From contig ML002267.1 in NCBI GenBank assembly GCA_003614675.1, forward strand, positions 1-53,334: DNA of 53,334 bases. The letters are read 5' to 3'. The notes beneath the pieces were generated by a model. The model was not told the origin of the DNA. It was given only the letters and a program-made list of their open reading frames with translations, and ran no database searches. Below are positions 1 to 9,812 of the stretch, piece after piece (positions within the stretch are counted from its first letter, which is position 1; each line of letters starts with the position of its first letter). The position numbers were made by a program, and so were the translations under genes. The stretch comes from Dimargaris cristalligena. Taxonomy: Eukaryota.

Positions 1-2
1 AC

Positions 3-974
3 CAACTGGCCATCCAGAAATCGATCTTACTCATGAGCCAGCGTATCGAAGGGATCGAAGGTGACGGCAACTTAAGTCCGCTTCGATCCCACCCCGTTTC
101 GGCGACCCATTCGGCCGAGTCGCGGACTAGTACACAGAGTAATGCCGGTGGGAGTACCGGCAAGATCAAGAAATCACCGGGGGTAAAGGCAACGGAGGGA
201 TCCAAGAACGGCGGGGGTGGTCCGCCCCTGGCGGCAACTGCTACCCCGGGTCGGCCGCGTCCTCCTTCGAACGCCACAGCCACCAAAGTCGTACCGGAGC
301 GTTACCCCGGAGACTTGGCCAGTCTGGTACCGCTCAATCCAGTGGAGGCCAGTCACCTGATCAAGCGTGGCGACACCATAGCTGCGTCGTCTCACACGAA
401 ACACGCCGCGGTCGCGGGAAGTGGGGGGGCGGCCCATGCTACCCTGGGTTTGGGGTTGGGCCTAGGTCAAGGGCAAGGTCAAGGTCAAGTTCCAGGTCAG
501 CGACGACCACCCGTTGATCCCGTCCTGGAAGCGGGATCCATGTCAATGGAACCCCTCCAGCAACAACAACCTATCTCCTTCCGAAGCCCTAAATCGACTG
601 GCGGTTCCATTTCCGTAAGCTCCTCCCCGCACCTACGGGCCCAACCGCATTCCCTGGCCCACAGGTCCCCTGCTAGTGCCAAGCGGCCCACGGCGCTAAA
701 TCTACCCTCCATTCCCCCGTTCCGACCCCGGAATTCCCCTTCGGTGACCACCGCCGGAGGCGGAGGAATGGTACCTTCTTCATCCAGCGGCATAGGTAGT
801 AGTAGTGGTGGTAATACCCATTTTATGTCAAGTCCGAAACCACCGCAACCCCCGGCGGCACTATTGGGCCAATTCCCCGGTATTTCGCGACAGCGATCGA
901 TATCGACCGCTATTGTGAAGAAGGATAAGGAACCGGCTTTGGATCGAGATGAGCCAAAGGGGACCAACCAGTAA
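3..974 (+). CDS. 3' part of a gene that runs off the left edge; Pro/Ser/Gly-rich low-complexity C-terminus, function unknown
   Basis: The frame of the 313-aa ORF is already open from base 3 (CAA CTG GCC ATC...). It is GC-rich and coding-like, and AT-rich 3'UTR-like sequence with a (TA)n tract follows the stop at 974. Confidence 0.75.
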   Translation, partial: QLAIQKSILLMSQRIEGIEGDGNLSPLRSHPVSATHSAESRTSTQSNAGGSTGKIKKSPGVKATEGSKNGGGGPPLAATATPGRPRPPSNATATKVVPERYPGDLASLVPLNPVEASHLIKRGDTIAASSHTKHAAVAGSGGAAHATLGLGLGLGQGQGQGQVPGQRRPPVDPVLEAGSMSMEPLQQQQPISFRSPKSTGGSISVSSSPHLRAQPHSLAHRSPASAKRPTALNLPSIPPFRPRNSPSVTTAGGGGMVPSSSSGIGSSSGGNTHFMSSPKPPQPPAALLGQFPGISRQRSISTAIVKKDKEPALDRDEPKGTNQ

Positions 975-1046
975 TGAACTAACTGGCTGGGCCATGCTGG
1001 GGAGTGAGATTGATATACAATCCACATACAGTTGCGAATTCTCCTT

Positions 1047-1068
1047 CTATATATATATATATATATAT
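1047..1068. repeat. (TA)n microsatellite
   Basis: About 11 TA units seen directly. Confidence 0.9.
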
Positions 1069-2082
1069 CATTATTATTATTTCGATTTTTATCGGCCAAA
1101 GCAAAAAGGACCTATTTTTTTTTGTTTTTTTAAGTTGCTATTGTCACTCTCTAAAGCAACATTAGACAGGAGAGCTTGGTTTCCTCGTTTTCGCACAGTC
1201 GTTTTTTCTCTTTATCCCAAATTGCCGTACAATTCAGTTTATCTCCCTCTCTCTCCGACCCCCCTCTTTATTTTCGCGCGCGTTTAATTATGTTCATTTT
1301 AACTGGTTTTAAGATCTAGATTACGTCCATGTTTACTTTTCATTCCTCTTTTGGCGGTTAGTTTCCGCCCTTTTATTTCGCCAATTCCCCCCTCAAGAAT
1401 AGTGTGTATCAGTTTGTATTATTAATTCAACAACCAGGTGTTCCAATAAAATAGTGGACAACTGGTGCCGCAGTTACTCGAGCTAATTAGGATGTATTTA
1501 ATTTATTACCGAACGGTTTAACATTGAATAATTAGCTGTGGTATAGATGCCGATATGTTGATATACCGCTAAGCCCTTCTCACCGATTTGGGGACGCCAG
1601 AGGCCACTTGGTTCAAGCTATACACAGGCCTGTTTTTTTCGACATACTTCACTAAGACTAACTCAGAAAGGCCGGTGGATGGAAATCGAAATTGAATCAG
1701 TAAAGAAGGGCGTCTGTAAATGTTATTCGATCTCATATGGAGCTAAATAAGAGTGGAGCAAATGGTGATGAAAGGCATCATAAAAGTATAAAAGTAGTTA
1801 AGCAACGGTTGGTCCAAATATACCAATAATTAGCCCCAAGTTGGAATTAATAGATTTGCTAGTTGACATAATATGTTAATTCATTACCTACATTTATCAT
1901 ATACACCAGACACATCTAGATTTATTAACCATAATATTATAGAACCTAGAAGACAGAATATAAGATACCAGACACTGTTAGGGAAACACTTTAAGATTGG
2001 AATCAATAAAGAGGGTAATAGGTGATTCTTATAGTTTGGGCAGTGTTTAACATTGTTAGGCCTATGAGTAATATATGCCCAT

Positions 2083-2460
2083 TTAGTATTCACTTTGGTG
2101 TTTTTTCTTTGCACAGTTATTGAGAAATAACTTGGTGCACTTTGGGCAAGGGCATATGGCACCATTCTTGATGAAAGAATCAATAGTTGGGTTTAAGAGA
2201 TTGAGGTGACATGCTAGTGCAACTATGGAGCCAAACCTATTCCCACATTTGGGATAAGGGATAGGTTGTGGGCCAGCACAATTGTCAATGGTTTGGTGGG
2301 CTTTCAAAAGACAATTAGATGTGAATTTCTGGTTGCAATTGCTGCAGTTGGTGCCCTGGGTTTGCTGGATTGAGGCAGGGTACCTGTGGGAATGCCTGGA
2401 TAAATACTCCCTAGGTTAATATAATCCACTGCAGGCTGAGCAATGGGTGGGATCAGTGAT
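2083..2460 (-). pseudogene. Decayed ORF with four tandem C2H2/C2HC zinc fingers, probably the N-terminal DNA-binding region of a retroelement
   Basis: One minus-strand frame reads CSACSGLY*PREYLSRHSHRY, CSNCNQKFTSNCLLKAHQTIDNC, YPKCGNRFGSIVALACH and CPKCTKLFLNNCAKKKHQSEY*. These fit C-x2-C-x3-F/Y-x5-L-x2-H, with an in-frame stop and Cys>Tyr changes. Confidence 0.75.
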
Positions 2461-3062
2461 GGGTAGGGTTTATTGATGACCCTTAGGTACATTTCTGGGA
2501 ATGCCATAGTTGAATGAGATGGTCCAAATTATGTGGCATTTCTGCTGAGCTGGTGAATGATAGGTCAAAGAACTTTTGACCAAGGCCTGTTACTCATTAC
2601 CATTATTGATCTTTGAAGTAGCAGAAGAAGTAGGGTCCTCCAAATTAGCAGGGTTGGCTTTATGACAGTGGTAACCATTAACTATACCAATATTGCCAAC
2701 ACTGGTCTCATTATTGGTAGTCAGAAGGGGTGGATGGTGTACCTGGGAGTCCCTGAGCCATGATACTCTCCTCCAATTGGGGATTCCTGACTGGAAAATT
2801 GTGTATTAGGTTTTTGAGTGACATTTTTGAAGCAATAGGCACATTTTGGTTATCTAAAGGTAGTTGGGTTGATCCATGGGGAAGGGCAAGCAAAAGCCAG
2901 CTGGCCCATAATAGAGATTTTGGAAAATATGTGTGCCTGGTCTAATTGTTTGGTCTAAGAGGAAATATTAGATTAGCAGATATTAAAGAAAATGATGATA
3001 AAAGGTCAGTTAGGCCTTACTGTTTGATCTATGGGTAGAATATGGAATGAACTAGAGGAGTG

Positions 3063-3636
3063 TGTCAGCCCTCCTAATCTGACCTAAATCCAGACTCAAA
3101 AATTATTTACTCTTATTAGGCCTTATAGCACCATACTAACCCTCCCATAGTACCAGGGGTGACTATGGGATCATCATTTATTATATAACCCTTCTCCTCC
3201 TGGCTCTAACACTTTGCACAGAATACTCCACCCACTGATCCAAAGACTCTTCCAGTTCCCATGAGAGTCTTCCAGGTATGAAGCCATCTGGTCAGACTAT
3301 ACCATAGTTTAGTAGTATCTCCCCTTGGGACCTCCCTCTGGAGCTATCCCCACATATATATAACCAGGCCCCATCATGGACTAGTTCAATTCCTTAGCTT
3401 ATTCATATCCCCCAGTTTACCCTAATAAACTCTATATATGCTCACCACCCTTATATTGACTAGTAAGTGTGCTCGCTGTAAGTCCCTTGCCTGTACCTGT
3501 ATTTATAGCCTTTATTAATTAGTACCATACCCCCACCTAATGCTAGGACCTGCTTGGCTGAGCCTGAGCCCTGTCTGCCATTAGAAGCCTATCCTTGGGA
3601 CTCTTGACAGACTAAGAGTGGTAAACCTGGGCAACA
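3063..3636 (+). mobile_element. LTR family 1, copy A (574 bp, solo-like)
   Basis: Begins TGTCAGCCC and ends GGGCAACA (TG...CA with a short terminal inverted repeat). A TATA-like tract near 3355 precedes AATAAA near 3424. Colinear with the reverse complement of 51981-52563. No target-site duplication visible. Confidence 0.8.
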
Positions 3637-4518
3637 CCTACAGTATAGGGTCCAAATATATTAATTATAAAAAAGTAGCACAGGTGCAGAATGAGGGGAT
3701 TGTAATCAGCTGGAATTTATACCATTTTTGGGTATTTGTTGTCCTTTGTTTTGCTGCCATTGAAAGAACCACTAGGTGCCATGTAGTACTTGCCCCCCCC
3801 CCCCCCCCCAAAAAAAACCCACTATCACCCTGGTGGATGCTCATGGGCCATTCTATACTATAAACTGTTCAAAAGTGGGCTACAAGCAACATGCACTTTT
3901 CGGTGTGAGAGTGTCCAGTGGTAATAGGTGGGTTACAAAGGAGCTTAGGGGGTTGAGGTCCATGCCAGATAACTTGACTAATTGAAAAAAAGCAAATTCC
4001 CTAAGATTGATATGGCCCGTTAAGTTTGCAATGTGAGTTTTATTTAAAAGTCAGGATTCCACAGTATAATCTACCATTGAATAGCTATTGACTGGGATGC
4101 CACACAGAGAGTTATACCCATACAAAGCAAATGGTATATGATTAGCTTGATTGTATAACGGACTTTTTTTTTTGAAGAGGTAGGGAGGGTACTCTTAGTT
4201 AAAAGGGTATGTTCTCTGTGTAGCTCCTTCAAACTTGCATAGGGCTGTATCGGGTTCCACCCATCTGGCATATCGAAAAGAAAACTAAGCGATAAATAAA
4301 ATGGAAAAAGGGGATAAAGTTTCCAATGAAATGATTAGCACTAGGCGGCTCCACCTCCAAGTTATTGATCCAATTACTCGTAACAGTTAATACATCAAGT
4401 GAAACAAAAAAAGGATGGATAGGGAAATTAAATGACTTGGCTAGGTAATGAACGGGAAAATGTATTACCTTGGACTGTGGTTGCGGTATGGATTAGTTAG
4501 ATGGTGCCCCTAACAGAA

Positions 4519-4639
4519 GGGACTCCGCCTTTATTAACCAAAGACAACCGTCCAATATACGGACGTTTAATTGTGTAGACCCCTTGTTTTATTATTTATC
4601 TACTATTTAATTTATCTGCAGGATTGTCCCTCCCTCACC
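4519..4639. repeat. Dispersed ~120-bp non-coding element, copy 1
   Basis: Shares an exact 17-mer GGGACTCCGCCTTTATT and the colinear blocks ACCAA, TGTAGAC and CCCTCACC with 24746-24863. Confidence 0.7.
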
Positions 4640-5822
4640 ATGTCCCCTTCGCCCGCATTCTCCCTTTGGTTCTTCGGGGCCGCGATTGCCCATAGGGTAG
4701 CGGCACCAGTATCTTGCGCCCCCTCTTATTAAATCTCGGGGTTGGTTTATAAGCTGTCGAAAAGGCCAATAAAGACTATATCAATTTTGGGAGGCCGATT
4801 TAGTCGAGAACATCCATGGTCGAGAATTAGATGGATCGGGGGCCAGCCTTGGCGATTTACGCCTTGGCCTATACTCTCACATTTAGTACCATCTCCACTT
4901 CGTGCGTGGTTTACTCCATTTTACATGGGTGGTTATATCTATATTTATTCAGTATAAATTAATTAGTAAGGTTACCCACTCTACGCCACCAGATATATAT
5001 CAATAGTGGCAGAAAGCTGGACATAGGGTCGGTTGAAGCGTAGAATATATTCTGGCGTCTATCTTACTCGCTGAACAATGGGGCTAAAAAGTCGTTCTAA
5101 ACCATAAACGAATATTTTTAGTAATGGTTTAAACTCCTCAAATAAAATGGACCTAAAACCCCGCTAAACTCCCGGAGGAGTAGCTGGCTAACTAACCTCC
5201 TGGGGGAAATGAACGGCCCCGTACAGCTTAGTCCTGCATCCATCATACGATTGCCCGTCTACCCTAGGCCGAATAAATTTGGAGCTTGGCCTATAGTCAC
5301 CGAGTGATTCAACGCCATTAAATATCAATTGGAGTCCATATCTAGCATTCAGTCAGTGGAACGGGTCCCCGGCAAGTATTACTATTGATTAACTCTTATA
5401 TTCATTGAATGCCAACCCCCTCCCCTCTCCCCTTCCCTCCCCGTCACAGCAGCCCCCCTTCGCTGCATTATAACTTATGAGTGCGATAATTCAGTTAATT
5501 ATTCGATGGACAACCATATGACCCATTTATTTGGCTGGCTCAGGACCTGGGTTATGAAAAGGTCAATTCACCACTCTGCTGAACACAGTGGTCCCCTTAA
5601 CCCTTAGCCTACCAATACTGTGGATACCTCTACCCCCTTTTTATTTTTCCCTAAAATTCCCCGGTTTAATACTATGAAGGCCCCTGACTTGCTCGAGTTG
5701 CTTCGTCGATATCCAACATCGGTTATACGGCCACCTTGAGAGTAGTTGATGCTACCTACTTTACCATCGACATTTTCAGCCCGGTCACCTGGCATACGGA
5801 AGCCCTGGGACATGCCTTTTAG

Positions 5823-5829
5823 TATATAA
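5823..5829 (+). promoter_or_regulatory. Candidate TATA box of the phosphoesterase gene
   Basis: TATATAA about 260 bp upstream of the ATG at 6087. Confidence 0.4.
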
Positions 5830-6086
5830 GGCGGTCATTTCCTGACTCTGAATTATCTGCAAGCCACCTACTTTTTTATAATTACACCACCAATGATTAC
5901 TATCTATTAGAAAAATATACCCTCTTCTCTATTCGTTTTCTGACTGCATATTTACAGTACCCCATTATTATTATATTAAAATATTGGTGACCACCAGTGA
6001 AACCAATTACCCTTAGCAAAAAAAATACCCTTACTATATATTCAATCTTATAATCAATTATTCCCTACCCAACTCCAACGATCAAC

Positions 6087-8788
6087 ATGCGAATTACTCT
6101 TGGCGGCGCGTTTGTCCTAGTCTTCCACTTCGCTGTGTGCGGACCATTGATCCCTAAAGTCACGGCCACTGAGCAAGGGGAATCTGGCATTAATACAGCG
6201 TCGAACCAAACCCCCTCTACCATCTCTTCCAGTCAAACCCCGGTCCTTCGCCCAGGAGGGAATCTCGGCTTCCGAGCACCAAGTCGCCCTCTAAACCAGC
6301 AGGAGGAAAGACCTCGATGGAATAATGGGCGTTTGCCTCCTGATAATACTAGCAGACCGCTTGGGCCGTCCAACGGTGGTGGGAATGGATGGGGCCGGAA
6401 TCAGAATTATAATGGCCGAGGCGGGTTCGGCGGCTGGAATAGCGATTCCAACTACCGGCTTAACCAAAACTATAACGACTCGCCCAACAATAACAATAAT
6501 AACTACAACAATCGTCGAAACTCCGGTCGTAATTACAACAGCAACAACGGTGGTAATTACCAACCAGGTAGGTTCAATAGTGGCGACAGTCAAAGTGGCA
6601 GAAATAGCGATAGTAGTGGCTTTGATCCGGGTAACTACTCCCGAACCAGCGACGCGAGTGGTGGCAGCCAAAAATGGAAAGAGGATATGACTTCCGCCAT
6701 TGCCGACAGCAACCAATACTGGCGCAGCAAGAAAACCGAGGAATCTGAGGATACTATCGACCAAAAAGCCAGTCCTTTGAACCAGGATGGTTCGACTCCC
6801 TTGAACGACCAAGTGGCATCGTCGTCGTCGTTATCAAATGTTGATGCATCTAGCTCGTTTCTACGACCCGGTGGAAAGTTGCCTTCGGCCCCTTTGAATG
6901 CTCAAGTGGCATCGTCGTCGTCGTCATCAAATGTTGATGCATCTAGCTCGTTTCTACGACCCGGTGGAAAGTTGCCTTCGGCCCCTTTGAATGCTCAAGT
7001 GGCATTGTCGTCGTCGCTATCAAATGTTGATGCATCTAACTCGTTTCTACGACCCGGTGGGAAGTTGCCTTCGGCCCCTTTGAATGCTCAAATGGCATTG
7101 TCGTCGTCGCTATCAAATGTTGATGCATCTAACTCGTTTCTACGACCCGGTGGGAAGTTGCCTTCGGCCCCTTTGAATGCTCAAATGGCATCGTCGCCGT
7201 CGCTATCAAATGTTGATGCATCTAGCTCGTTTCTACGACCCGGTGGGAAGTTGCCTTCGGCCCCTTTGAATGCTCAAATGGCATCGTCGCCGTCGCTATC
7301 AAATGTTGATGCATCTAGCTCGTTTCTACGACCCGGTGGGAAGTTGCCATCAGCCTCTTCGAGTGACCAAGCGACATCGTCATCGTCGTTGCTATCAAAT
7401 GTTGGCTCATCAAGTTATGATTTACGACCTGGTGGCGGTTATTTTTTGGCTCGATGGCCCTCCACGAGCTCAGGGGTTACAGGACCCCAGTCTCGGAAGT
7501 CCATGGGGTTCACCTCCAGCAATGACGCCAATGGCCAGGATCCTAACCGCCACGATTTAAGGGATTCCCAAAGCGACCTATCCATTGAGGGGCTCGCCGG
7601 GTCAATGGCCGATATGCGTATCGGCGCTTCCAAGCAACCGCTACAACTGGATCCACCTACTCAAACGGGCTTACTGAAACTTCCTGACAGAGGCTCAGAT
7701 ACCCGCCGCAAGTTGGCCGGGCTCGGCTCCTCCGGCTCTCTGGATTCAGTCGAATCAACTTCGTGGAAAAAAAAAATCGGATGGAATAGTGGCCCAAAGG
7801 AGCAGCGTGAGGCTGTTTATTACTCCCGCAAAACTGGTATAAGACTATTCCCCCCGCAGTACGACTACAGGACCTTGGTCAAGTACGAGCAACTGACTGA
7901 GACTAAACGATATATTATTATCGGCGACGTACATGGCCAACTGACCGACTTAAAGGCCTTGCTGAAGGAAACGAAGTTCAATAGGGAGACAGACCAGGTG
8001 ATTCTAGCCGGCGATCTGATCGGTAAGGGAGAAGACTCACTCGGAGTTATGTCACTGGCTCAAAGAATCGGGGCAAAGTGCATACGCGGCAATTACGAAG
8101 ATTTCATTTTCTCGATTAATGCAGAAATCACTTTTGACCGGCCTTCTAGGGATTGGAAAAGTGAGCTTAAAAATTTAGCAACGTAAGTTTTTCCAGCCTT
8201 ATTAAACCCCTTTATATGGGGGGTGGGTATGTTCACTTTGCTAGTAATTATCTCGAGGGCTATAAAAACTGGACTACTAATTCCCTGCTATTGTGTCCAC
8301 CTCACTATGTATTTCCTGAATTTCCTCAATGGTTTTCATTCATGCTGACTAAACTTAGGCTTATGCCCGAAAAGAACTTGGAATATTTGCGAAACTGTCG
8401 CCTAGTCTACGAGCTTCCGGTTATGGACAATGAAAAAGTGCTCGTGGTCCATGCTGGCATGGATGTCAACAAACCCGTAGATAACCAAGACCCCAACTTT
8501 GCCATGTACGTTCCGTATTTGCGATCCAAAACCAAATTCGATGGATATGAGGATTATCCCAGAGTTTGGCAAAAAGACTGGGCCAATCGCCAGGGGAAGG
8601 ATGGCACCATCGTTGTTTACGGCCACGAAGAAAAGTGGGAACCAGTCATTGCCAAATGGACCAAGGGCATTGACACCATTTGCTATAAGGGTGGCCGATT
8701 GACCGCGATTACCTACCCTGGGGGTGAAATGACTAGTGTTGAGTGTACTGAGTACAGAGGGGCCTCTTCATCTAATACCCGGCGTTAA
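6087..8788 (+). CDS. Secreted calcineurin-like metallophosphoesterase (PPP/ApaH-like, Ppn2-type domain) with an N/G/R-rich region and tandem repeats; exons 6087-8182 and 8359-8788, about 841 aa
   Basis: Hydrophobic N-terminus MRITLGGAFVLVFHFAVCG. Motifs GDVHG, GDLIGKG, RGNYE, VHAG, YGH and GIDTICYKGGRLTA. Intron GTAAGT(8183)...GCTGAC...TTAG(8358) joins the two ORFs in frame (AC|G). Confidence 0.85.
6798..7355 (+). repeat. Coding tandem array: six 93-bp (31-aa) units, plus a degenerate seventh to about 7440
   Basis: Unit consensus PLNAQ(V/M)ASSSSLSNVDASSSFLRPGGKLPSA; units start at 6798, 6891 and so on. Confidence 0.95.
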
Positions 8789-9812
8789 GTTTACTTACTT
8801 GCAAGCCCAATGTTCGTCACTAGTAGTAACCTACTATCAAAGCCCGCACTTGTTGGGTAAAAATTAAATGGATTGCCGTCTACTCTGGACTGGTACGGCA
8901 TATAGTACCGGAATTAAGTTTTCTAACCCCAAGCAAACCGCCCTTGAGAGGTAGTGCTGGGCTTGCGGGCACCGCAGCTCGTGGCTAATAATGGATGAGT
9001 GTAAAAAAAATGAGGATAGAAAGAGCATCAGGATACTCTCAGGGACTGGGGAAAATAGCGGTATTTAATACATGATGATTTTGGCAAAAGGAGTATACGA
9101 TGCATCGTCAATGACGTTATTTTCTTCGCAGGTTTTCAGGGGCTTTATTGGATATAACTGAATGTAGCAATGGCAGCAATGCTTTACAAAAAAGATATCG
9201 TTAATAAAAGAAAATATGCAACGTGGTATGGAAGTCGGAACTCGTTTAATGGTGAAGAAATGCAATGTCCTATATATCACAGAATTGGTCATGAAGGCCT
9301 GTCGGATAGGCGCTGACTAGAGAAATGGAAGCCAAATACGGGCCTTTTGAATGAATCATTAGCGAAAGTTGATATTCCCCACTAACAACCAATGATGACC
9401 CGCCCGAAACGCACTATAAATACACAGTGGAGCCAGTCATGGATATCCCTCTTATTTGCTGGTGGGGGTGGTCAATCATGAGGATTAAGCTTCTCTTGGC
9501 TGAAATGATGAGGATCATATCCGCAGCTCCTCACCTTCCCTTACCTGAATGGTGCTTGCCTTGCCATTTTCGATACTTCTTCCTTTACAAGTCACTGGGC
9601 AAGTTTATCTACCGAACAAATCCACACATTCTTCGTTTCGGTCTATGCTGCGCTTTATTGAATTCTAAGAAAGGTCCACTGTTTTGAATGCAGTATACAC
9701 CATGCTTCTCCTTACCATTTTTATATTCTCTCATTTACCACCGCGCTCCTCAGTCCCATTCCCATTCACTCGCATTTAGTTTCGCTCTCCATAAACCAGC
9801 GTCTGGTGGGTC

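Larger units (their letters stand above)
1810..3900. mobile_element. Degenerate transposon island, CpG-depleted
   Basis: Only one CG found by eye (3474) between about 1808 and 3900, against CG-rich flanks. Contains an LTR and a decayed zinc-finger ORF. Confidence 0.85.

Noticed and set aside
3044-3062. Polypurine tract before LTR copy A, which would make 1810-3062 its internal region
   Set aside because: The tract is impure, and the upstream relic is on the opposite strand with no pol-like residues.
3905-3965. tRNA or SINE head (TCCAGTGGTAA...GGTTGAGGTCC)
   Set aside because: The A/B-box resemblance is weak and I cannot fold a cloverleaf.
6798-7355. CRISPR-like array
   Set aside because: No unique spacers; the units are in-frame coding repeats in a eukaryotic gene.
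8216-8358. Separate 190-aa gene starting at 8216
   Set aside because: The start is intronic; the ORF is exon 2 of the phosphoesterase.
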